Assembly: GCA_018985225.1 (NCBI GenBank)
Contig: JADGIF010000220.1
Coordinates: 1 to 13,951 of the forward strand
Length of the DNA stretch: 13,951 bases
Origin: Amoeboradix gromovi X-113
Taxonomy: Eukaryota > Fungi > Sanchytriomycota
Direction: 5' to 3'
Under the pieces are notes generated by a model. That model made no database searches. It had not been told where the DNA came from and worked only from the letters and a program-made list of their open reading frames with translations. The position numbers and the translations under genes were made by a program. Of the stretch, positions 1-9,623 are shown in pieces (the first letter of the stretch is position 1; each line of letters opens with the position of its first letter).

Positions 1-980
1 AGAACATGCTCAAATGGTATCTCCCCAAGTTGTCTACACTTGAGAAGTGTGGGGTTTGAAATCTTCATGATTTTTGATTTTTTCACATTTAGCGTAGGCG
101 TTGAATTCAGTTAGCAATAAATATTTTTGACTTTAAGCTTATTTTTAAATGAGCTAAAAAGTGGCACCTCAATAATAAAAAGAGAACGAAGATCAAGAAA
201 CAATTAGTTTGCTCAAGAGCTGTCTCACTAAACCATGTTAGCGGCAATCTAGCAATACCTAATAAAAAGATGGTTCACAAACTGGTAAAGTTTTGCAAAT
301 TCGTTGTTGTCGCTTAGCTCAGCACAGCCAACAAATTCTGTTTCTGAAATTATGCAATTGCGCAGAATTGGGTTATATCTTATAATTGTCAATTATTTTG
401 GATGTGTCAACAATTTACCGAACTCTTTGGTTGGGAGAGCAGATCAGCCACAAATTTATATGCTCTAAATTCTTATCTTTCTAAGTATGAGAAATGCGTT
501 GACATCAAAAACCTGAATGGACCGCTATTATAAGATAGTTATTGAACTCAATTGAATAAACTATTTATCGCGATTAAGTAGCTTCATTGCGCTAAAAACT
601 CTTTTTTAGATACTTATATCGCGTAAAACCCTATATTCTTTCTTTTCAAAAATTGAAATGGTCCAGTTCTCTAGATACGGAATATGTTAAGTTTAAAGGC
701 ATCACTGATAGATATAAAATATACTCTTTCTCAAGGCCCATTAAATGTCTCCCAACACTAGGAAAGAGATTCTTATATAAATGAACAGGACATTAAAAAT
801 AGCTTGATACATCCACATCTTGCTTAAGGAGGTGATCTTGTATGCAAGAGCTTCAACCATTGAACATACTGGAAGTAACCAAGTACGTGAATGTAGAACC
901 ATAGAGTAGCATATACCTGAAATATACCCATTCTTATTTAATCTCGCCTCAAGGTAGTAGAAGTATGAGCAACCACTGTG

Positions 981-1051
981 ACGGAGCTACTGGCTTTATC
1001 AGCTCCCTGTGGAGATTCTTGCTCTCCTCATAAACCAGGACTTTTAACGAG
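981..1051 (+). repeat. Diverged dispersed repeat, copy A (inverted partner at 13089-13161); probable frameshifted coding relic
   Basis: Manual alignment with the reverse complement of 13089-13161 gives 59/73 identical columns (12 mismatches, 2 gaps). Allowing the two 1-nt gaps it reads GATGFIS-PVEILALLINQDF. Confidence 0.85.
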
Positions 1052-1078
1052 TGCTCAATAAAGCCACTTAATTCTGAA

Positions 1079-4000
1079 ATGGGAAATCAACCAAGTCATA
1101 ACCAAATAGATAAGAGAGTTATTGAGCACCTTGGAAGCGAGATAACCCTAGATAAATCACGATCGGATATTAAAGAATCAAGTATATCCATGTCGTCCAT
1201 ATCATCACCAGAGCAATCACCAACAATTAGAGGTAGAAGCATGAGCATGAACAGAAGGAAAAAGCCGGTGCTAAAATCACCAGTGAAAGGAATAGAGGAA
1301 GAAATTCCACGACCTGGTGAGGAGGAGATTGATAAACAATTAGAATTAGCGATGGATGATTTGAACTTACCAGCAGACAAAAAAGATGAGTTCAGAGCTT
1401 TTGACCTTGATAGAAAGTGGGAGCTAATCAAAAGAAATAAACAAGATTCGGATGAATCATCAAGGGATGAAATTCTTAGAAAACTTAGAAATTTGAACCC
1501 CGATTTTCCCGTAATCGAAGCAAAGGATGTACTTGTAACTTTGAGGTCAAAGCCAGTGAGATGGATACAGCTGTTTATAGAACTGGAAGGTCTATCCGTG
1601 ATAATGGAATCATTAAAGCGATTTCAAGACATTGGTGAGAGTCAGAGAGAAGAGATATGCATAAGATGCGTTAGAGCTTTGATGAATACAAATCAAGGAT
1701 TTATAGCTATACTAGACTATCATAATTCTCTATCTACATTTTGCCTAAGCATATCTTCTAAATCATTAAAAGCCAAAATTCAAGCATTAGACATCTTGGC
1801 TGCTGTTTGCATGGTTCCAGGACAGCACAAAATTGTCGTCGAAGCACTTAGTTCAACTAAATCAGATTTTGAGTCGAGATTACAGCGAATATTGCCTTGC
1901 TTTATAGATATAAACTCGAAAAATAATGGGAATGTTACCACAGCCGAAATTGATTTAATGGTCAGCGCGTTTGCTTTCATTAATTCAGTACTGCATAGCG
2001 AAAATACTGCATCTCTAGAATACAGATTGCATTTACGAAAAGAACTCTTCGATATTGGATTTGCGCAAGTTATTGAAAAACTAACTGGATTTGAACATCC
2101 TGACATTCAGGCCCAGATTGAAATTTTCAACGACGCCACTGAAGAGGATGAAAAGGAAATTGCTGAGAAAGCGAATATTGATCAAAAGAAGTTCCAGTTA
2201 GCCCATCCTGAGTCCTTATATCAAATGATATTTGAATCATTCCGGGGTACCCGACTCTGGAAACCATTGATAAATATACTGTTTTCATTGCTGTTAGCAC
2301 CTGAGAATGGTTATCAAAAGGGAAGAATTATGTTTGCAATTGATGCTATCCTACGGCAGGTAGTTTTGCAGAAGGAGGGTGAAGATCCTGATCCATTAGT
2401 TAGAATTATAAAATTTGATGTGCGCACACTATATGACTCAATCAAAATAATGGAAGCCAAGCTTGAAGGCTCTAACAGTAAAAATGGAGCATTAATTGAC
2501 TCAGCAAAAATGAAAGATACAATAAGATTGCTAATTAAAGACGCAGATTTATACAATCAATTGATAAATTCTTTAGAAAAGGAAGGCTATATTGACTCGG
2601 AAGACTCGGAAACATCAAGGTCTAACTTGAGTCTAAATGACGAGACTCTAAAGGTAGATACTAAACTCTCAGCGTTAGACAAGATCACGGAACATAGCGA
2701 TGAGGTAATTGCAACGCCATTAAGTAGCCAAGTACAAGAGAAAGCATCTTCTGAGCCTCTAAAAACCGAGACACTAATCAATCCACCATCGACAGATGCA
2801 CATGGGCCGCCACCTCCACCTCCGATGGAAGGACAATCAAATATTCCGCCACCGCCACCAGGAGCAGGAGGACCTCCACCGCCGCCTGGTTCCATGTTTG
2901 GTGCCATGTTTGGCGGATTGCCGCAAAAGAAAACTAATTTATCGTCTAGACCTATGAAGCCATTACAATGGACAAAACTGCCGAATCCCAGAATTAAGTC
3001 TACGATTTGGAAAGACATTGATGATGAAAAGGTTAGACCTATGCTCAATTGGGTAGATTTCGAAGATTTGTTTGAAAACCTTCAAAAGGACAAAAAGCAA
3101 AAAGAAGATAAAGATGACAAGCCTAAAGAGTTAAAATTGATTGAAGGAAAGAAATCTCAAAATCTCAGCATTTTACTCAAAAATGTGAAGCTTCCTATCC
3201 AGGATATCAGAAAAGCTTTATTTACAGTAAATACTGCGGTGTTATCTGTCGAAGTTATCGGGCAATTGTTAAAATTTGTTCCTACAAAAGAAGAGATAGA
3301 ACTTATTAGAAAGAATCTGGATAAAAAAGATCTCTTTGGTGAAGCTGAAAGATACTTTATGGAGATAATGGACATTAACATGTATGAAGACAGGCTGAAA
3401 TCCATTGCTTTCAGAGAGAATTTCGAAGAACATATGAAAGAAGCTGAAAATTTAATTAGAAAACTGAGGCTTGCCTGTACAGAGTTGAGGACTAGTGAGA
3501 AGTTTAAGAAGATATTGCAGGTTACACTGGCCTTAGGTAATCATATGAACACGGGACAAAAAGCTGGAGCGTATGGATTCGCTATCTCATCGCTGTTAAA
3601 GCTCTCAGATACCAAATCAAAATTACCATCTCGTAGATATACATTGCTGCACTTTTTGGATGATATTATAGAAACCAAGTTCCCAGAGTGTGCTGATTTT
3701 GTTATGGACTTATCTAGTGTAGACGGAGCTGTAAAAGTTAGATTCAACGACATAAAATCACAGCTTTCTGGAATAAAAAACAATGTAGATGAGTTACGAA
3801 AAACTATCCAAGAGTTGACTAAGGCTGCTTCCACAGATAAAAGCGATAAGTTTAACATGATTTTTGAAGCTTTTTTGAAAAGAGCCGACGCAAGAGTCCA
3901 TTCTTCTGAGCAAGAGTTAGCAGAGGCAGAGACGTCATTTGAAAGCACTGCGGAGTTTTTCGCAGAAGACCCTAAAAACACTTCTCCTGAAGATTTCTTT

Positions 4001-4525
4001 GCTATTTTTCAAACATTTATTACACTTTACCAACAAGCTCATCGCGAGAATCAAGAGTATATTGCCAGAATAAAAGAATTAGAAAAGAGAGAGGTCAGAA
4101 AAAGAGTAATTTGGTTGCTAATTTAGCAAATGGAAGAAGAAAAGTTAAGGCGACTACAAGGTCCACCATCTGGCGCAGCAATTGGAAGAAAGGATAAAGG
4201 AGAGTTTGACGATTTAATAAGTTCCATAAAATCAGGGAAGGCATTTATGCAAAAGAAACCTGATAAATTAATGAAGAAAAAGAAATCCAACGTATCCGTA
4301 GGTGACCACAAGTCTTTATCACAGAGAAGTAGTTCAAGCTTTGTTGCGGAATTGAAAGATGTACAATCAGAGTCAGCGCATAGTTCAATGAGGGTGAAAG
4401 CAAGCACAGCTCCAGCTCATGTGGTTAACGATATATTCACCAGAGATCTGAAGAGGAATCCAAGTATAGATAATAGAGTTTCAAAAACTGACGAAATGAT
4501 GAAAAAGATGAACCAGCGCATTTAA
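1079..4525 (+). CDS. Diaphanous-related (DAAM-like) formin, GBD/FH3-FH1-FH2-DAD; join(1079..4105,4127..4525), 1141 aa
   Basis: GBD/FH3 motifs (LNLPADKK...RKWELI; LRSKPVRWIQLF; CVRALMN; LDILAAVC). Poly-proline FH1 at ~2806-2890. FH2 motifs (MKPLQWTKL, TIW, SQNLSILL, LALGNHMN, AYGF, TLLHFL, PEDFFAIF). The DAD motif GEFDDLISSIKSGKAF plus a basic patch lies in the 4130 ORF, which a 21-nt intron joins in frame. Confidence 0.93.
4106..4126 (+). other. 21-nt GT-AG spliceosomal intron (phase 0) in the formin
   Basis: GTAATTTGGTTGCTAATTTAG with branch-like CTAAT. Removal deletes the in-frame TAG and gives the coiled-coil-like ...EVRKR|QMEEEKLRR leading into the DAD. Confidence 0.88.
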
Positions 4526-4552
4526 TAAATTTATAATTTCCCTGATTTCAAA

Positions 4553-4786
4553 ATGTACAGTAGTAGTAATGATGTTAGTATAACATTACAAATTGACTCT
4601 AGAAAAGAGTACCGTCTAAGAAAATGCACCTCTTGCTTAGATGCTCAAAGACCTCATATATTTGAACGAGATGCAGGGTCTTCTAGTTTTATTTTAAAAA
4701 GAGGAATACAATCAATGAAAGAAAATTTGTATAATAGAAGAAGATCTTTTATTAATGATTTCCTCTGTATGGATCACCTCCTTTAA
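4553..4786 (+). CDS. Small hypothetical protein, 77 aa
   Basis: ATG in AAAATG context 27 nt after the formin stop, TAA stop, fills an otherwise oversized gap. No recognisable domain. Confidence 0.45.
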   Translation: MYSSSNDVSITLQIDSRKEYRLRKCTSCLDAQRPHIFERDAGSSSFILKRGIQSMKENLYNRRRSFINDFLCMDHLL

Positions 4787-4851
4787 AAACAGGTTAGTCT
4801 AGTTTATATTTGGTGTCCCAGTAGTAGTTAAAATATTTGCGACCCCTTAAA

Positions 4852-5817
4852 ATGCAGGGATTTTACTACGATGCAGACCTGAACAGATATTTCAAAATAA
4901 CTGATGAGATGACGAAAAACAGTCGAGTCAAAAAACTTACTAAAGTCACACCTAATATTCTAATGGAACCAAACACCACTTCTTACATTAAAAATAGAGC
5001 AGAAGGATTTGATATGTTACCCTTGAAATATGAGCCCCAATTTAAGCAAGAATTTAGATATGATGCAGACCAATACATAGTGATGGACACAGAAGTTATA
5101 CTATTTTCAACTGGGGTGAGATTAATGATTTTTGAAAGTGGTGGGATTAAAGAAATAAGTCTGCATGATTCCAAGGTGTCAAAGTTGCAAAAGATAACAG
5201 AATTTGAATTTATTTACTGTACCTTGGGTAGTGCAAAACCAGGATCTGTTTATCACTGTTTGTTTGACTGTAATTATACACACCTATCTGTAAACAACTT
5301 AACACTTAGGAGAGGTTCAGCATATAGCTGTGCATATAGCGCATGCTGTGTCGTTGCTTCTGAAAAATCTGTTCTTATCTATGATTTATCATTCAACTTT
5401 AAAAAAAAATGCCACTTAAGTTCTGATGTACTAAGCACATGCTGCTCCACCTCAGGAATAATATTATCTTCCAGAAATGGTCAATTACTATTATTTGACC
5501 CATCTACTCTAAAAATTTCCCAGCTATACAAATGTGACACACATGCTGAGATCTGTATACTGAACGATGTCCTCTACGCGTGTACCCCAAAAACTCTTTA
5601 CATCTTTGACAAACTCAAGTTAGCAACCACGCACGATTGCGCTTTAGATCGCTTGTTTATATCCGGAGAGCATCTAGTTGAAACCGATGATTCCGTCACA
5701 ATAATACGCCATCTGACCACGATATCCGAGATTGAGCTTGTTTTAGCGGCAAAATGCAATCAGTTTATATCAACCTCCTGCGGGTACATATTTAACAGCG
5801 AGTATTGCAGGTGGTAA
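4852..5817 (+). CDS. DCAF4/WDR21-like degenerate WD40 protein, 321 aa (ATG at 4852 rather than TTG at 4837)
   Basis: N-terminal GFYYDADLNRYFKI resembles the GFY(Y/F)DxxxxRYF(K/R) motif of the DCAF4/WDR21 family. The body is beta-strand-rich with WD-like ends (SVLIYDL, SDVLS, SRNGQLLLFD). Confidence 0.65.
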   Translation: MQGFYYDADLNRYFKITDEMTKNSRVKKLTKVTPNILMEPNTTSYIKNRAEGFDMLPLKYEPQFKQEFRYDADQYIVMDTEVILFSTGVRLMIFESGGIKEISLHDSKVSKLQKITEFEFIYCTLGSAKPGSVYHCLFDCNYTHLSVNNLTLRRGSAYSCAYSACCVVASEKSVLIYDLSFNFKKKCHLSSDVLSTCCSTSGIILSSRNGQLLLFDPSTLKISQLYKCDTHAEICILNDVLYACTPKTLYIFDKLKLATTHDCALDRLFISGEHLVETDDSVTIIRHLTTISEIELVLAAKCNQFISTSCGYIFNSEYCRW

Positions 5818-6006
5818 TTTAGACATGATGTATGGCGCAAACAGCGTACGTGACTTGATGGAGTAAATATTTGCGGGACAATTGTATACACAGATGCGCT
5901 CAATAAATCTGATAACACTAGCATATCCTTTTCCATCACTTGGAGTGGTGTATGTCCAATTACATGGTGCGCCATCGCCACCCCTGCTCGTTCCACATCG
6001 TTGGAA

Positions 6007-7382
6007 ATGGTTAAGTACGCCTCAAGCCCAATTTGTGCAATGAACTTTGACAACTACTGTTCAGAAAACAAGCATTGCATTTTGGTTGAGAATGTCAGGA
6101 CCATTGACGAAAAGCAGATTGAGCTGTTTGTGTTGTTTGGACCGCTTGCCTACGTCAACTATTGCTACATCTCCCAGAACTACTACTTTTTGGTGTATAT
6201 GGATTGCAGAGATGCAAAAAGAGCACTGCCATGTATCTCCAAGATGTCTATGTTGAATGGGATATCAGGAAAGCGTGTGTCGACTAGATACGCGAGCCTA
6301 GGTGAGATTGCTGTAAAGTGCGATGATCCTCAGCTGCACACCCGTCTTTCACCATCCATCATCGTCAGGTACTTCCAGGGCCACAGCCGCAACAACCTGA
6401 ATCACATGGACATTCGCATTCTCCACAACAGCTATGGTGAGGTCTCACATGTAGACTGGCTGAGTGCTGACTGCTTAAAGGTGTCATACTTCAACATCGC
6501 GTGCAAGGTGAAGGCTCTATCTCGTTTACTTGACGATTACACCGAAATGGGAATCCCGGTCTCAGTTCAGGATGCTGCAGAGCCCAAGAACATGTACAAC
6601 CACTACCACCAGTCTTTGTTGTCTCCCACATCCACTACGTCTGCCGCATCTAATAACAGCTTTGAGTCTTTGATGAGCCCAATGAGTTTGAATATGCACT
6701 CATCCCAAATAAGCAGAAGCTCCGTTTCCTCATCTACGTACCTCACACCCTCGGTGGACCCAATACTGGAGTACAACTTTGATAACGAGTACATTCCAGG
6801 CCCAGCAAACTCTGGTCCACCGTCAACCTCTTTTAGAAATAGGACAAAACCAAAAAGGGCACCAAAACTAGTCAAACCTAAAGTCCAGACCATGAGCAAC
6901 ACGCACAAAAGAAACCAGGTTTGTATCCCGTCGATGCTTAACAGTGGAGACAAGCGCAGTACTTTGATGCTAAAAAACATCCCCAACCGGTATACCCAGA
7001 AGATGATGATCGAGTTTCTTAATGAGACCCATTTTGGGGAGTATGACTTTCTGTATTTGAGAATGGACTACGAAGTAATTGACGCCTAATGTAGAATCAT
7101 TGTAATGTTGGATACGCCTTTATTAACATGTTGGACTTAAAAACAGCCGCCACCCTGGTCGACAGAATCGCTGACAAGTCATGGCCTAGATTTAACAGCA
7201 ATAAGATTGGGGAAGTGACCTATGCAGAAATACAGGGCATTCATGCCCTAGTTAGCAAGTTTGAAAACAGTGATGTGATGCAGCAGGATGCCAAATACCA
7301 GCCAAAGCTGTTTCACGCAAGCGGCATATCACGAGGACTGGAAAAGCCCTTTTACGGCCGAAGATTCTTGCAGCGAAAATAA
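6007..7382 (+). CDS. mei2: Mei2-like RRM RNA-binding protein; join(6007..7074,7095..7382), 451 aa
   Basis: Mei2-type C-terminal RRM3: DKRSTLMLKNIPNRYTQKM, then YDFLYLRMDYE|NHCNVGYAFINM after splicing, WPRFNSNKIGEVTYAEIQG, KFENSDVM, YQPKLF. Two degenerate N-terminal RRMs and a Ser/Pro-rich linker. Confidence 0.9.
7075..7094 (+). other. 20-nt GT-AG spliceosomal intron (phase 0) in mei2 RRM3
   Basis: GTAATTGACGCCTAATGTAG. Removal changes frame and restores the spacing of the family motif YDFxYLxxDFxNxCNVGYAFIN exactly. Confidence 0.95.
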
Positions 7383-7457
7383 GCAATGCAGAACATGTTA
7401 ATAAACTGAATGAAATTCAAAATCTCCGTCTAAACAATTTTGAAATTTACCAATCAA

Positions 7458-8282
7458 ATGCAGAAATACTATGCCGTGGTAAATGGTCGCATACCAGGAA
7501 TATACACAAACTATGAGGATGCGAAGATGCAGATACAGGGATTCTCGCAAGCCAAACTAAAGAGATTCAGTCTGGAGACTGAAGCAAAGGCATATTATCA
7601 GGAGCAGAAACATAAGATTCCAAAGACATTTGTGAGTGCTGCTGCTACCTCAAAAAGGAAAAAGAAGAAATATTATGCAGTGCGTATAGGTCGTGAACCC
7701 GGGGTTTACGAGAGCTGGGAAGACTGCAAGAAGCAAACTACTGGTTATCCCTGTGCACAGTATAAATCGTTTGAAAATCTAGAAGAAGCGCAGAAGTATG
7801 CGATAATAGAGTACACTATCGGTTCTGCTGTCGCTTCCGAGGTCACAGAGGTGTACACAGATGGTAGCTGCTTGGACAACCAGAGTCGCAGATCCGTTGG
7901 TTATGCGTGCTATTTTGGTGAAGATGACATTAGGAACTACTATGGTGGTCAGAGAAAGGGCTCTAACAATATTGCAGAGATCACAGCTGTTATCAAAGCG
8001 CTGGAAATTACAAACAACTATGGAAACATCATAATATACACTGATAGCACTTATGTGATGCAAGGCATACACTCTTATAGAGGCATAATAGAATCCGGGG
8101 ACTTCCACACTCTGCCTGAAGGGTTGAAAAACAAAGAACTCTGGGCCCATCTGCTAAGGACCTTGAAGAAACACCAGGGATCGTTTGTCATAAAAAAAGT
8201 TCCCGCGCACTCGGGAGTACTCGGAAATGAGAGAGCAGACCAGATGGCTAAGATGGGTGCTCTTTTACATTGCTCTGAATAA
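7458..8282 (+). CDS. RNH1: Ribonuclease H1 with two N-terminal hybrid-binding domains, 274 aa
   Basis: Two HBD/Cauli_VI repeats (KYYAVVNGRIPGIY; KYYAVRIGREPGVYESWEDC). Catalytic residues in VYTDGS, NNIAEI, IYTDS and VPAHSGVLGNERAD. Confidence 0.95.
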   Translation: MQKYYAVVNGRIPGIYTNYEDAKMQIQGFSQAKLKRFSLETEAKAYYQEQKHKIPKTFVSAAATSKRKKKKYYAVRIGREPGVYESWEDCKKQTTGYPCAQYKSFENLEEAQKYAIIEYTIGSAVASEVTEVYTDGSCLDNQSRRSVGYACYFGEDDIRNYYGGQRKGSNNIAEITAVIKALEITNNYGNIIIYTDSTYVMQGIHSYRGIIESGDFHTLPEGLKNKELWAHLLRTLKKHQGSFVIKKVPAHSGVLGNERADQMAKMGALLHCSE

Positions 8283-8307
8283 AATGTTGCTTATATTTTT
8301 TCTAATC

Positions 8308-9621
8308 ATGGAGCGAGTTTTTCTCAATTCAAAATTGTTAATTTCAAAACCTCAGTTGTCAAAAGTTCTCTCTGTTCATTCACAAGAAAACATAATGGAC
8401 TTCATAGATCTCTATTATGATCTTGGTGGCTCTCCAGGGCAATTGGAGGACGCTCTTATAGACCGGATTATTTCTCACGAAGCAAATGATTTTAAAGTTG
8501 TTGATCTTTACAAGACATGCAAGTTTAATATGAATGCGACTGAAAGGGTGCGTTGCTTTAAGGCGCATTTTCAAAGAATGAAAGTACTGGTGCATGATCA
8601 GGGATTCCATATTCAATCTATTAGATCACTGTTGACCAACGCCGGAAAAGAGGTGCTGTTGTGCGGTATTTTGTTCCATGGTCACGGTGAAGAACCATAC
8701 ATGGAAGATGATTCTGGTCAGGTTCATTTGGTTTTGAGTCCAGATAAAGTAGGAATTGGAATGTATTTTGAATCGAACATTTTAATTGTCAAAGGTAAAT
8801 ACATAAAAGAGGGTAAGCTTTTTAAAGTTAGCTCGATTATGCATCCACCTATACTTGAAGACTTGAGTAGAGTAAAAGAAAGAGAAGTAATTTCCAAAAA
8901 AATGGAACGCGGCTATTGCTTATTTTTTCATCAAATGTATGTAGATGTGAAAAGTGTGCAAGATGACTTTGTATTTACTTTAAAGAGGTATTTAGATAGA
9001 AACATTACTATATTGTGTATTACAATTTCTGATTGCTTTCAGGCCTCAAACCCACAAGATCAAAGAACTAGCATGATACATTTTGTGCGTAGAATTGGTA
9101 CAGAATTGTCCATGTTACTTAGAGAGGTTGAGTTTGTTTTTCTCCCGCCACCTCTGGATATTATTCCAACTGCCAGATACATGGACTACGTCTTCCAGCC
9201 AGTCTTGAATTCGTTTGAACACTTGCACTTGGTATCAAATCCTTGCTTGATTGACTGCTATGGAAGATCAATAGCGGTGTTTCCAAAGGATTATTCTAAA
9301 TATGAATCAATCGTCCCCCATAGACCGGATATATCTAAATCGTACCATATTGCCTTCACAATCGCATCTCAAATGAGACTGACCTGCTTTAAGCATCGAA
9401 ACTTGCTATATAGTGACGAGCTATTCTTTAAACAACTGCCATCGTTGATTGTTTGCTCTAGTCAAAACGAATGGTTTGAACATAATTTCAAATCTAGAAA
9501 CTCAAATATAGACGATGTAATTGTGAACAACAATAGCTCATATGCGGAAAGAAGAACATGGACAGCTTATTTACCATACTCGCACAAATTGGAATATTGT
9601 AAACTACCCAAAAAAAAATAA
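8308..9621 (+). CDS. DPB2: DNA polymerase epsilon subunit B (DPB2/POLE2-like), divergent, ~437 aa; start uncertain (8284 or 8308 more likely than 8227)
   Basis: OB-fold segment IRSLL...LLCGIL...YMEDDSGQVHL...GMYFESNILIVKG...FKVSSIMHPP. Phosphoesterase-like segment FVFLPPPLD...VSNPCLI...IAVF. Both are colinear with B subunits of the POLE2 type. Confidence 0.75.
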   Translation: MERVFLNSKLLISKPQLSKVLSVHSQENIMDFIDLYYDLGGSPGQLEDALIDRIISHEANDFKVVDLYKTCKFNMNATERVRCFKAHFQRMKVLVHDQGFHIQSIRSLLTNAGKEVLLCGILFHGHGEEPYMEDDSGQVHLVLSPDKVGIGMYFESNILIVKGKYIKEGKLFKVSSIMHPPILEDLSRVKEREVISKKMERGYCLFFHQMYVDVKSVQDDFVFTLKRYLDRNITILCITISDCFQASNPQDQRTSMIHFVRRIGTELSMLLREVEFVFLPPPLDIIPTARYMDYVFQPVLNSFEHLHLVSNPCLIDCYGRSIAVFPKDYSKYESIVPHRPDISKSYHIAFTIASQMRLTCFKHRNLLYSDELFFKQLPSLIVCSSQNEWFEHNFKSRNSNIDDVIVNNNSSYAERRTWTAYLPYSHKLEYCKLPKKK

Positions 9622-9623
9622 AA

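Noticed and set aside
1-68. Minus-strand reading frame MKISNPTLLKCRQLGEIPFEHV running off the window edge
   Set aside because: Only 22 codons are visible, too short to support a call.
1969-1988. GTTTGC...TTAATTCAG 20-nt intron-like match in the formin
   Set aside because: Poor 5' site, and removal would frameshift a conserved FH3 helix (AFINSVL).
4124-4126. TAG reassignment or readthrough in the formin
   Set aside because: It is the only internal TAG among several thousand codons, it is exactly the 3' end of a consensus intron, and VIWLLI does not fit the coiled coil.
1096-4407. Many minus-strand ORFs under the formin, and the other nested or antisense ORFs in the track
   Set aside because: Shadow ORFs of real genes with no independent motifs.
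5784-5802. Possible 15- or 19-nt intron near the end of the DCAF4-like gene (the 19-nt version would extend the ORF to 5866)
   Set aside because: Neither fits the YTAAYNTAG geometry, the 19-nt version needs a GAG acceptor, and there is no motif support. Unresolved without RNA data.
5760-6053. 97-aa minus-strand ORF across the DCAF4-mei2 gap
   Set aside because: Non-ATG start, overlaps both neighbours, no motif, and long open frames are easier in this GC-richer stretch.
7458-8282. RNase H as a retroelement or caulimovirus remnant
   Set aside because: The double HBD plus catalytic domain is the normal cellular RNase H1 layout, and no RT, integrase or LTR is nearby.
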